Source: an uncultured delta proteobacterium (lineage in GTDB: Bacteria; Myxococcota_A; Polyangia; Fen-1088). Taken from it: a stretch of 64,000 nt of DNA. Shown piece after piece: positions 41,367-50,575 of this stretch; the stretch's first letter is position 1, and each line of letters opens with the position of its first letter. Under the pieces are notes generated by a model that saw only the letters and a program-made list of their open reading frames with translations, did no database searches and was not told the origin of the DNA. Position numbers and translations under genes: made by a program. The DNA lies in the NCBI GenBank assembly GCA_963737265.1, contig CAVTRY010000016.1, forward strand, positions 192,001-256,000, given 5' to 3'.

Positions 41367-42176
41367 CTACAGCGCCTTGAATGCCTGCTTCACTTCGCGC
41401 TCGACCGCCGGGAAGCCGGGGTCGATTTCCAGATCGGGACGCCAGGCCAGGCCCATTTCGACCAGGTCGTAGGTCTTCTGGATACGGGCGCCGCTGACGA
41501 TTTTTCCCGCGGCGTCGCGGTCGCGGCCGAGCATGAAGAGCGTGTCGCTGATGAGCAGAGCAGAGCGAATGTCGTGCGTGACCAGCACGACCGTATTCAG
41601 CTCGTCCATGTTGGCGACCTCGATGATGAGCTTGGTAACGTCTTCCAAGGCGGCGGGATCGAGGCCGGAGAAGGGCTCGTCCATGAGCAGAAAGGTCTTC
41701 TGTTGGACCACTTGCTGTGCAATGGCCACGCGCTGGCGCTGGCCACCCGAAAGTTGCGCCGGAAAATAGCGGGCGCGTTCGCTCAGGCGAAAACGATCCA
41801 GTAGAGCCAAACCCTTGCTGCGCGCAAGGGTGCTGGAAAGGCCGTTGGCTTCACCCGCGACGAGCAGGTTGTCGAGCACGGTGCGGTGGGCGAGCAGGGG
41901 ATAGCTTTGCATCACGAAGCCCACCGAGCCGACCGGCAAGAGCGCGCCGCCTGGTCCGCGCACGCTGCCACGGTCGGGTTCGTCGAGGCCGGCAATGAGA
42001 CGCAGAAGGCGCGTCTTGCCCACGCCCGAGGGACCGAGCAAGCCCACCACCTGTCCGGTCACCACGCCGGGCCGCACCCGATCGCGAACGTCGAAAGTCA
42101 GGCCTTGCAGGATCTGAGCGTCGCCTAGCTTCTGCCAGACATCGCGAACCGACAGCAGAATGTCGCCAGCGGCCAT
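41367..42176 (-). CDS. ABC transporter ATP-binding protein (TauB/SsuB-like)
   Basis: GPSGVGKT, LSGGQRQR, LLMDEPFSGLD, VTHD. Confidence 0.93.
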   Translation of the reverse strand: MAAGDILLSVRDVWQKLGDAQILQGLTFDVRDRVRPGVVTGQVVGLLGPSGVGKTRLLRLIAGLDEPDRGSVRGPGGALLPVGSVGFVMQSYPLLAHRTVLDNLLVAGEANGLSSTLARSKGLALLDRFRLSERARYFPAQLSGGQRQRVAIAQQVVQQKTFLLMDEPFSGLDPAALEDVTKLIIEVANMDELNTVVLVTHDIRSALLISDTLFMLGRDRDAAGKIVSGARIQKTYDLVEMGLAWRPDLEIDPGFPAVEREVKQAFKAL

Positions 42177-43018
42177 CAGCGCCTCACCCTTTGCAGGAGA
42201 ACGTGCGGACAAAGAATCCGCACGGACACGGCCATGAGGTAGTCGAGCAGCAACCCGAACACGAGAATGGCGATGAGCACGGCATAGACCTCGGCCAGGT
42301 GAAAATGTTTGTTCTGGTTGAGAATGAGCGCTCCCACACCACCCTCGGCGCGCGAGATGCCCTCGACCATGGTAATCATGGCCCAGCCCATGGCCAGGTT
42401 CTGGCGTAGGGTATCGAGAGCCTTGTCCAAGGTGCCGCGCACCACGACTTCCCAGAAGATGCGTCCCTCGCCCGCGCCGAGCACGCGCATGTAGTCGTAC
42501 TGCTCGCGCGGGATCTCCAGCACCGCTTGCGCCATGGCGGTGACGAAAAAGGTCGACATGCCGAAGGTGAGCAGCCAGACCTTGAGGGTATAGCCGCCGC
42601 CCGTGAGCAGGGTGAACGGGAACACCAGACCGGTCAGCCCTAAGAAACGCAGCTTGCTGATGGCGTCGACCAAAGGCCTGAAAAAGGCGATGATGCTGGC
42701 GTAGGACAGTGCCATGGAAATGGCCACGGTCAGCAGGGTGGCGTGGCAGATGAGCTTGAGGGTGGAAAACAGTTCCGGCCCCATGCCTTGCTGCCACCAC
42801 AAAGTCCCGAAGGCGCGCAGCACTTCGCCCGGCCCGGGCAGGCTCGCCCACGGTGAAGCCGACCAGACGGTGAGCGCGATCGCCACCCAAAAAGCGGTGA
42901 CCATGAGCAAAAAGGGCCCGCCCAGCACCTGGTCGGGCAGAAACGCCCGCCGTACTAGGCCGAGACGAGTGCCCGCAGAGCGTGCTTCTTTCGCAGGCCG
43001 GGACGTTGTTGGCGCCAT
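42176..43018 (-). CDS. ABC transporter permease (TauC/SsuC-like)
   Basis: LPGPGEV; multiple TM; EAA-like loop DYMRVLGA; W..ITMVE..EGGVG. Confidence 0.88.
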   Translation of the reverse strand: MAPTTSRPAKEARSAGTRLGLVRRAFLPDQVLGGPFLLMVTAFWVAIALTVWSASPWASLPGPGEVLRAFGTLWWQQGMGPELFSTLKLICHATLLTVAISMALSYASIIAFFRPLVDAISKLRFLGLTGLVFPFTLLTGGGYTLKVWLLTFGMSTFFVTAMAQAVLEIPREQYDYMRVLGAGEGRIFWEVVVRGTLDKALDTLRQNLAMGWAMITMVEGISRAEGGVGALILNQNKHFHLAEVYAVLIAILVFGLLLDYLMAVSVRILCPHVLLQRVRR

Positions 43019-43035
43019 GGGGAAGATCGATTGCG

Positions 43036-44805
43036 CTACTGAGACAGGCCGAGGACGATCTCGACCCGGCGATTCTTGGCGCGGCCTTCGGCGCTGTCGT
43101 TGGCTTCCAGCGGCTCGGCCGATCCGTGGGCGAAGACCTTCACGCGGCCTTCGGGGAAGTTGGCCGACGACTGCTCTTCCAGCCATTTCTTGACGGCAAA
43201 GGCGCGCGACTCGGACAGATTCTGGTTCTTTTCGACCGAGCCGACGTTGTCGGTGTGACCGTGCACTTCGACGACGGTGCCGCTGGCCACGACCAGATCT
43301 TTGAACATGGCGCGCAGCTGGGTCTGGGCTGCCGGCAAGAACTTGTTGCTGCCCGAGGCAAACTTGATGTCCCACGCGCGGCGGCTGACCACCTGCTTGA
43401 CCCGCTCCCCGGTGAAGGTGGCCAGATCCGCCTGCGCGGCGGTCGCCTTCTGCGCGCCACCGGCCAGCTCTTTCACGAAGCTGGTGTCCAGGATATCCCC
43501 GACCGGGTAATACGCAGGCATGAGCTTGGGATACTGGGACTTCACGATCTCGGCGAACACCGTGTACGTGGCGGCGAAGATGTTCGTCGAGCCAGGCACC
43601 ATGCCGAAGAGCTGCTGATTGTCGGCCAGGTTATTCACCGCCGAGCCACCCAGTTCGACCTGCTGACCTTTCTTGTCGGCCTGGTTGACCACGCGGAAAT
43701 ACTTGTACCAGTAGGCGCCGTCCTTCTCGTTGTAGACCAGGGCCGACAGCGCGGCTGCGCGGCGCAAGGCATCTTCGTCCTTCTTGAGCACGTCGCCGGC
43801 GTCGAAGGTGGCCTCGAGCATGCCGGTGACCAACTTGCGATTGGCGGCCATCCACTTCTTGCTGCCGATGATCACGTTGGGCATCTGCGAGCGGTATTCC
43901 TTTGTCGACACGATGGAAACCAAGCCGCCCTTCTTTTCGGCCACAGTCACGTCGCCCGGGGTCCAGGTCACCACCGCATTCACGCAGTGCTTTTCCTTCT
44001 TGCCCGTCTTCACGTTCTTGAGCTCGGTGCAAAAGTCGCTGACATATTTCTGGGCGGCGTCGATGTAGTCGGAGGCATTGACCCAGTTGAGCGCGTCGGG
44101 ATCGTAGGTCGTCTCGTCGGGGTTGTTGGCAATGCCATTGTCGCCCAGCCACTTGAGGGCGATGTTCCAGTCGCCGTCGCGAAGCACGCCGGCCACCAGG
44201 CCCCCACGCGCGGCCTGCGGGTTCTGCTTCCAGGCCGCGGGGCCCATGAATTTGTCCTCGCCGCGGCTATAGCCGGCCGAACCGACCACCTGAGCCACGT
44301 AGTCCGGCCCGAGCTTGCGTAGCCTGTCGTTCAGCCCCTTGAGAAAGGGCGCCGAGCCGTCGCCCATGATGGCCACGAAGTGCGCGCCTTGCGCCGGGTT
44401 GGCTTCGCCCTTTTTCAGGCCCTCCGCAAAGGCGGCCATCAGGCTCGCCATCTGATCGGTGTTGTCCTCGCGGATGAGTTTCAAATTGACGCCGTTCTTG
44501 CACATCAAGCTGCCTTCGGCGGCTTGCTTGCCACCGGTGGCATAGATGAGCCCCATCTGTGCGTTCCACGCCCAATGGTAGAAGCGCACCTCGGGCTTGT
44601 CGGCGCAGCCGGGCGCAGCAGCCACCGGGACCGCCAGCGCTGGATCCGAAGGCAACTCCGCCTTGGGTGGCACCGCCGATCTCTGGTGCTCGGCTTCGGG
44701 CGCCAGCTGGGAGAGCTTGTCGCGGTTCTTGTAGACAGCAGCGCCGACCGCGCCAAGGACCAGCAAGGTGACGAGTGTCTTCGAGAGCGGTGTCAATTTG
44801 GCCAC
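43036..44805 (-). CDS. Second membrane-anchored substrate-binding protein - OmpA fusion
   Basis: GTG start with GGAG RBS; N-terminal TM; GYSRGED, TWTPGD; IKFASGS..HGHTDNVG..LSESRA..NRRVEI. Confidence 0.88.
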   Translation of the reverse strand: MAKLTPLSKTLVTLLVLGAVGAAVYKNRDKLSQLAPEAEHQRSAVPPKAELPSDPALAVPVAAAPGCADKPEVRFYHWAWNAQMGLIYATGGKQAAEGSLMCKNGVNLKLIREDNTDQMASLMAAFAEGLKKGEANPAQGAHFVAIMGDGSAPFLKGLNDRLRKLGPDYVAQVVGSAGYSRGEDKFMGPAAWKQNPQAARGGLVAGVLRDGDWNIALKWLGDNGIANNPDETTYDPDALNWVNASDYIDAAQKYVSDFCTELKNVKTGKKEKHCVNAVVTWTPGDVTVAEKKGGLVSIVSTKEYRSQMPNVIIGSKKWMAANRKLVTGMLEATFDAGDVLKKDEDALRRAAALSALVYNEKDGAYWYKYFRVVNQADKKGQQVELGGSAVNNLADNQQLFGMVPGSTNIFAATYTVFAEIVKSQYPKLMPAYYPVGDILDTSFVKELAGGAQKATAAQADLATFTGERVKQVVSRRAWDIKFASGSNKFLPAAQTQLRAMFKDLVVASGTVVEVHGHTDNVGSVEKNQNLSESRAFAVKKWLEEQSSANFPEGRVKVFAHGSAEPLEANDSAEGRAKNRRVEIVLGLSQ

Positions 44806-44938
44806 GATGAGTCTTCTCCAAAGTTTCGGTTGTTGACGACGAGTGGCTGTAGCGTCCACTCAAACCCAAGTCGCGTCAAGGTCAGAGCGGACCATGCTAA
44901 CATGTTCGCCAAAGGACTGACGCGCCAAGAACCGGGTC

Positions 44939-45763
44939 ATGACAGAACCATCGAAAGAAAAGGACAGCCCCTTCCGGCGCGCCTTTCTTAATCAGTACAA
45001 CGGCATCCTGATGGGTGCCGCTGGCCTGTTCGCGTTGGCCACGTTTTCCTGGCTACCGCTGGCGGTGGGGGTGGGCCTCGAGGTCTTGTGGATGACCTTC
45101 GTGCCCGACAGCAGCTTTTTCAAGCGCTGGGTTGGCTTGCAGCAGTCGCGCGAAGGCCAAGAACGCATCAAGCGCGAGACCGAGGCAATCCTCCAACACC
45201 TCGATCCGAGCTACGCCCAGCGCTTCGTCGAGCTACAGCAGGTGGCCGACGAGGTGCTGACCCTGTCCAAGGAGAACCAGTCCTTGGAGACGCGGCTGGT
45301 GGAGGACGAGCTGCAGAAGATTGGCCAGGTCCTGTTTTCGTTCCTGCGCATGGCGCGCGCCCACCAGCGCCTGGCCCATTTTCTCGGCGAAAATCCAGTC
45401 GGCGAGATCAAGTCCGATCAAGCCGAGTGCACTTCCGACCTGCGCCGCGAGCAGGATCCACGCGTGCAGGCCAGTCTCAAACAGGCACTTTCGCTGGCGG
45501 AAAAGCGCCTGCGCCAGCACGAGCAGATCGCCAACTCGGCGCGAGCTCTCGCGGTCCAGATGGAAACCTTGGAGAAGGCGCTGGGTTACCTCAAGTCGCA
45601 CATCGTGGCCATCGGTAGCCACGAAGAGTTGGCCAGCGAACTCGATGGCCTGGTCATGGGTGTCGATTCGGTCGAGCGGATGGAGGCCGAGACCGGCGAC
45701 GCCCTGGCCGAGCTGCACCACTTGGCCGACTACCGCGAGAAGCGGGTGGCGACCAAAGGCTAG
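44939..45763 (+). CDS. 2-TM membrane protein with long C-terminal coiled coil
   Basis: Two hydrophobic helices followed by ~200 aa of heptad-rich helix. Confidence 0.75.
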   Translation: MTEPSKEKDSPFRRAFLNQYNGILMGAAGLFALATFSWLPLAVGVGLEVLWMTFVPDSSFFKRWVGLQQSREGQERIKRETEAILQHLDPSYAQRFVELQQVADEVLTLSKENQSLETRLVEDELQKIGQVLFSFLRMARAHQRLAHFLGENPVGEIKSDQAECTSDLRREQDPRVQASLKQALSLAEKRLRQHEQIANSARALAVQMETLEKALGYLKSHIVAIGSHEELASELDGLVMGVDSVERMEAETGDALAELHHLADYREKRVATKG

Positions 45764-45780
45764 CAACACGGAAAGGAACC

Positions 45781-46065
45781 ATGACCACGATCCTTGCGAC
45801 GATCATCCCTGCTGCGGTTGTGCTGATCACCCTCTTCGGCCTCCTGGCCCGTGGCAACCCCAGGCCCGGGGGCGTGGCGCTGTTCTGGCGCGTGGGTTTG
45901 GTCGGCCTTGGCCTTGGCTTTGCCGTTTGGTATTTGACCTCGAAAAGCGGACTTCTGCCCGCCGTGCCGGAAGCCGTTCACCACGCCGACACGGGATTGC
46001 TCGTGGGCGCGTCCGCCATCGTCGTCATCGCGGCCCTGGGCTCTGCGCTCAAGCGCCAACGCTGA
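45781..46065 (+). CDS. Small 3-TM membrane protein
   Basis: AAAGGA RBS; 94 aa with three hydrophobic segments. Confidence 0.7.
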   Translation: MTTILATIIPAAVVLITLFGLLARGNPRPGGVALFWRVGLVGLGLGFAVWYLTSKSGLLPAVPEAVHHADTGLLVGASAIVVIAALGSALKRQR

Positions 46066-46104
46066 CCGTGCGCTTCCTGGCGGGCGAGAATTGCCACAAA
46101 AAAA

Positions 46105-46449
46105 CTAGCCCGGCGGCCAGGCGAGCAGTCGGCCTGCCAGCACATGCAGGTGAACGTGGGCCACGCTCTGGCCAGCGTCGGGACCGGCGTTCATCACCAC
46201 GCGGAAGCCGCTGTCGGCGAAGCCGGCCTCGCGGGCCAGCTTGGTCGCGACCACCATCAGTCTTCCAAGCAAGGCGGCGTCCTCGGGCTTGGCCTCGATC
46301 AGGCTGGCGAGGTGGCAAATCGGGATCACGAGTTGATGAAACGGCGCCTTGGGGCCGATGTCCTTGAAAGCAAGCACGTCATCGTCGCGATAGGTGATGG
46401 CGGCGGGAATTATTCCCTCGCAGATCTTGCAGAACAGGCAGTCAGTCAT
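46105..46449 (-). CDS. hinT: Histidine triad nucleotide-binding protein
   Basis: CLFCKI, AFKDI.P.AP.H.LVIP, AGQSVAHVHLHVLAGR. Confidence 0.92.
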   Translation of the reverse strand: MTDCLFCKICEGIIPAAITYRDDDVLAFKDIGPKAPFHQLVIPICHLASLIEAKPEDAALLGRLMVVATKLAREAGFADSGFRVVMNAGPDAGQSVAHVHLHVLAGRLLAWPPG

Positions 46450-46479
46450 GGTCACCTCCTTGGTCAGCTCCTTGTTTTT

Positions 46480-47838
46480 TCACAGCAATGCAAGCAAGCG
46501 CTTCCGCGTTTCTTCCGACGACGACCTCTCATGCGTTCCCTGGCGCAGGAATGCTGCAATTGCATCGATCTTGGCGATGGCCCGATCGGTGCGCGGGTCG
46601 GCGCCGGCTTGGTAAGCGCCGAGCAGAATCAAATCGCGCTTTTGCTCATAGCTGGCCAAAAGCTCGCGCACCTCGGCCGCCGCTTGGCGGTGCTCCTGGT
46701 CCACGACGAAGGGCATGACTCGCGAAAGCGAGGGCAACACGTCGATGGCGGGCCAGTGATTGCGGTCGGCGAGCACGCGCGACAGCACGATGTGTCCATC
46801 GAGAATCCCACGCGTCTCATCGGCGATCGGTTCTTCCATGTCGCCACCCGCGACCAGCACGGTGTAAAGGGCCGTGATCGACCCACGGCGCGCATTGCCG
46901 GTGCGTTCGAGCAGGCGCGGCAGCAGGGCAAACACGCTCGGCGGGTAGCCGTGGCGCGCTGGCGGCTCGCCCGCGGCCAGACCGACTTCGCGCTGGGCGC
47001 GGGCGAAGCGAGTCAGTGAATCCATCATCAGCAACACGCGCTGGCCTCGATCGCGGAACCATTCCGCGATGGCGGTCGCCACGAAGGCCGACTTCAGGCG
47101 GACCAAGCTCGGCGCATCGCTGGTCGCGCACACCACCACCGAACGAGCGCGGCCCTCGGGCCCCAGCGCATCCTCAAGAAATTCGGACACTTCACGCCCG
47201 CGCTCGCCGACCAAACAAATGACATTCACGTCCGCTTCGGTGTTGCGCGCGATCTGACCGAGCAAGGTGGACTTGCCCACACCCGATCCCGAAAACAGGC
47301 CCACGCGCTGGCCTTCGCCCACGGTAAGAAAGGCGTCGATGGCTCGCACGCCGAGCGCCAGCGGGCGCCGAATGCGCTGGCGCTCCAGCGGATCGGGGGC
47401 CGACCTGTCAACCGGCCAGTCTTGGGTGAAGCCGCGGATCGGGCCAGCGCCATCCACGGGTTCGCCGAGGCCGTTTAGCACGCGACCCCGCAGTCCTTCG
47501 CCGATCGGAATGACCAGGGATCTGCCCGTGGGACTCACCACCGCATCGGGACCGATGCCCGCCACCTCGCCAAGCGGCACGAGCACCACCTCGTCGCCAC
47601 GAAAGCCGACCACCTCGGCTTGCATGCGAACCGTCGGCCTTTTCGCGGAGTCGCCGGGCAAGGCATCGACATCAAGGTAGACCAGCTCTCCCACGCGGAC
47701 GCCGGGTACCCGGGCACGCACGACCAACCCAGTTACTTCGGTCACGCGACCCGCGACGCGCAGTGGGTTCACGCGGTCGAGCGCACTCAGCGCTTCGGAA
47801 ATCTCGACCAGCCTCGGTTCGCCATCGCTTTCAGACAC
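46480..47838 (-). CDS. sctN: Type III secretion ATPase (FliI/SctN family)
   Basis: GSGVGKST, LVGERGREV, DSLTRFARAQRE, GYPPSVF, ILDGHIVLSR, YQAGAD; start approximate. Confidence 0.93.
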   Translation of the reverse strand: MSESDGEPRLVEISEALSALDRVNPLRVAGRVTEVTGLVVRARVPGVRVGELVYLDVDALPGDSAKRPTVRMQAEVVGFRGDEVVLVPLGEVAGIGPDAVVSPTGRSLVIPIGEGLRGRVLNGLGEPVDGAGPIRGFTQDWPVDRSAPDPLERQRIRRPLALGVRAIDAFLTVGEGQRVGLFSGSGVGKSTLLGQIARNTEADVNVICLVGERGREVSEFLEDALGPEGRARSVVVCATSDAPSLVRLKSAFVATAIAEWFRDRGQRVLLMMDSLTRFARAQREVGLAAGEPPARHGYPPSVFALLPRLLERTGNARRGSITALYTVLVAGGDMEEPIADETRGILDGHIVLSRVLADRNHWPAIDVLPSLSRVMPFVVDQEHRQAAAEVRELLASYEQKRDLILLGAYQAGADPRTDRAIAKIDAIAAFLRQGTHERSSSEETRKRLLALL

Positions 47839-48361
47839 CGCGTTCACCTTTGGTTTGCGGCCAAACACCCCGCAATGCACGTTCCAAGGCATCGAGCTGC
47901 GTCTCTAGGCGCGCGTCGAGTCGCCCGACCGGCGTCTCGACCACACAGCCATGCCGGCCAACGGTTGTATCGGCAACCACGCGAACGTCCGCAGCGGCCG
48001 CAACCTTCGTCAACCAGTTTGGCCGCGCAAGCTCCACCGCCGCGCGGTCGTCGGGGTGAACGCGCAGCACGACCTGCCCGCCTTGCGCTCGGCTCGCCGC
48101 CAGGGCCTGCGCCGCGATTTCACCCATGACCGAAGGCGCAAGCTCCACCGCGCGACCCACGATCTTTTCGGCCATCTTGCGCGCCAACACCAGCGCCGCA
48201 TCCGTGGCCGCCGCTCGCTCCGCCTGCGCGGCCGCACGCGCCGCAACCAACAACTCGGTCACCTCGGCGCAGGCAGTCTCGCGGCTAGCCGTGGCCGCTT
48301 GGGTGGCCGGCACGGGTTGCGAACGATGCGCTAGCTCGGCTGCTTTCACGATGCGGCCCAT
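47831..48361 (-). CDS. sctL: T3SS stator (FliH/SctL family)
   Basis: MAEKIVG, LRVHPDD, GCVVETPVGRLDARLETQL; overlaps sctN. Confidence 0.85.
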   Translation of the reverse strand: MGRIVKAAELAHRSQPVPATQAATASRETACAEVTELLVAARAAAQAERAAATDAALVLARKMAEKIVGRAVELAPSVMGEIAAQALAASRAQGGQVVLRVHPDDRAAVELARPNWLTKVAAAADVRVVADTTVGRHGCVVETPVGRLDARLETQLDALERALRGVWPQTKGERGV

Positions 48362-48459
48362 GATCGGGTTTTTACCATCCGAGCATGGATCTTCCTAACC
48401 AAGCCAAACGCAACCTGCGCGGGCAGCAGGCCCGAGTTCAATCTTCATGCCGCGACCAA

Positions 48460-48520
48460 GGGCGCTGTCAAGGACGAGCAGGGCCGGCTCGCCTTGTGCA
48501 AATACATCCTGTGCCCCCAG
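48460..48520 (+). pseudogene. Short fragment resembling an IS91-like (Y2) transposase
   Basis: GAVKDEQGRLALCKYILCP resembles the ..L.RY..RPP motif. Confidence 0.35.
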
Positions 48521-48862
48521 CAATTACGCGACCGGCGTCCTTCGTTTCGCCATCAGCATAAACGGCCCCAGCCCAACCTACGAGCAAACCATCGACGGTC
48601 AGGCCGCACTCCCGACGGGGACTTGGGAGCACGTCGCTGTGGTTCTCGGTTCCAGCGGCGGCATTATGTATCTTAACGGCGTTCAAGTAGGCGCCAAATC
48701 CACGCTGACCCTTCGTCCGGCCGACCTCGGCAATCTTCAAAACTACTATATTGGGCGGTCGCAGTTCGCGGTGGATCCATATCTGGACGGTGACATCGAC
48801 GAATTCCGCGTCTACGACCGTGCGCTCGCCCCCAGCGAAATTCAGACCTTGGCGAACGGTGA
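48520..48862 (+). pseudogene. LamG-like jellyroll domain fragment
   Basis: WEHVAVV..MYLNGV..YIGRSQF.VDPYLDGDIDEFRVYDRALAPSEI; no start or N-terminus. Confidence 0.75.
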
Positions 48863-49032
48863 AGAACTGTCCAAAAATTGGACAGTTCTTCAGCAGCCGA
48901 GCCAAGGGCTCGGCCGCAGGTGGGGTGAAGTCCGCGAATTTACTTCGCGGACGAGGGGAGGGCAGCGGCCTGGGCAGCGGCCCTCCTTTCAAAAATCTTC
49001 AAGACGGGTCCATTTATGGACACGTCTTGAGT
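48860..49032. repeat. Cluster of palindromes/hairpins (REP- or MITE-like)
   Basis: TGAAGAACTGTCCAA-AAA-TTGGACAGTTCTTCA (48860-48892); three GC-rich hairpins; TCAAGACGGGTCCAT-TT-ATGGACACGTCTTGA (48999-49030). Confidence 0.75.
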
Positions 49033-49211
49033 GACCTGTCGCTGGCCGGGACCCCTCTCGCTCGCGTCTGCCACGCATGGTAAGGCCGGCACCGAAGAGG
49101 ACGATGGTGGCGGGCCGCGCATTGTTTCGAAGAATGCCGCGATTGCGCTCGGCCAGCGCGCGGCGTTCGGCCTCGGCCATCCGTCTGGCACCGACGTCGC
49201 ACCGTGGGTTC

Positions 49212-50088
49212 TTACCATCCAAGCATGGGTCTTCCCAAGGAAGCTGGCAGGCGCCCCGCGACTCTGAAAAGCGAGCCTGGGCTTTCCGCGGCGAGCTCGG
49301 ACTTGAGTGCGACCAAGCCGATGTGGAGCAATCGATCGCCGACCGTGCGTGCGGAAGGCGGAATCGTGGTGTTGGCATGGTCCGCGGCGGCCGAGCGATC
49401 TGCGCTGGACAAGGTTTCGAGAGACGCCTGCCCGATCGCGCGCGCCCACGGTTCGCCGGCCGATGCCATGGCCCGCGCGCGCAGGCCGGGAGCCGCGCCC
49501 GCGAGGGACTGGCCCACGGTTCGCGCACCATGGCGGGTGGCCTCCGCCAGCAACTCCTCGAATTGCAGATGGCAAAGCCTCCGCGCCACGGATTCCGCAA
49601 GCGCTCTCGCACAAGGGCTCAAGCCAACCGAAGGCCAAGCGCTCGATGTCGCGGTGAATTCCCGCTGACAGGCGCACCGGCGCGTCCATCGTCAGGCCGA
49701 CATCCGCGTCGAGCAACCCCTCGACAACTGCCCGCACAGAAACTGCCCCCGCAGCCTGCGGCAATCCGCTCCACAACGTGCGTAACAGGTACGCCGGCTC
49801 GCCCGCCAGTGCCTCGTGGATCCAGCTCGGATGCAATCGTTCAAGTCCCATGGGCAGCCCGCTCGCCGCCTCCCGCAGCCACTCGGCCCGAATCTGCGCC
49901 TGTGCTTCCACGCCCACGGCGCGCAGCGCCCGCCACGCCTTGGAACACGACTGGCGGCGATTTTCGTCCAGCGCGTCGAGGCTCGCTTCCTCGGCGCCCG
50001 TGGCGAGCATGAAGAGCAGAATGCCGCGCTCTTCGCGGCCAGTTTCTGCCAGGGTCGAAGCTCCCCTGGATGTCACGCCGTTCGCCAC
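49212..50088 (-). CDS. SctK-like T3SS accessory protein with an apparent 1-nt insertion at ~49593
   Basis: LERLHPSWI motif and position upstream of sctL; continues as ARRLCHLQFEELL..RLPASLGRPMLGW in another frame. Confidence 0.5.
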
Positions 50089-50215
50089 GCCCGCAGCCTA
50101 GCAGCCCGTGACGAAAGTCTCCACGCCGCCGCTCGGGCGTTTCGGGCGTGTCAGAGCCCCGCGCGCGACGAAAGCGACGCGAGGGCGACAGGAATGTCGT
50201 GTTTCGACTCCCCGC

Positions 50216-50398
50216 TTAAACTAGTCGACGTGCGCCGTCGCTATCCGACTGCTCGACCTGGGCAACCTCGAGGTAGCGAATGCGAAAGGCGTCGCCGCCG
50301 TAAGCGGTAAGGCCCCAATCCATCGCGTCTTCAAGGTCGGCGAAGAGCGCCGCCGGAGTATTTTGCCCGTCGGGAATGATTGCGAAGCAATGGATCAT
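50216..50398 (-). CDS. Small hypothetical protein (60 aa)
   Basis: Strong GGGGAGG RBS; protein-like composition. Confidence 0.55.
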   Translation of the reverse strand: MIHCFAIIPDGQNTPAALFADLEDAMDWGLTAYGGDAFRIRYLEVAQVEQSDSDGARRLV

Positions 50399-50575
50399 GG
50401 CCGACCTCCCCTTGAACCTCTAGTGGCGCCCTGATGAGTTTCCAGCATGGCTGGCGAAAACCGGACAGAGCCGACGAAAAGCTGACGGGCGGTGGTTGAA
50501 AATTCCTGCACGAGCGTCTCCTTGAAGAGGGTACACCCTGGGCGAAGCAAGCCGCGGACCAAGATCGCGCGGCGA

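Noticed and set aside
46480-47838. F1-ATPase beta subunit
   Set aside because: DSLTRFARAQRE and GYPPSVF motifs plus the adjacent FliH/SctL gene indicate a T3SS-family ATPase.
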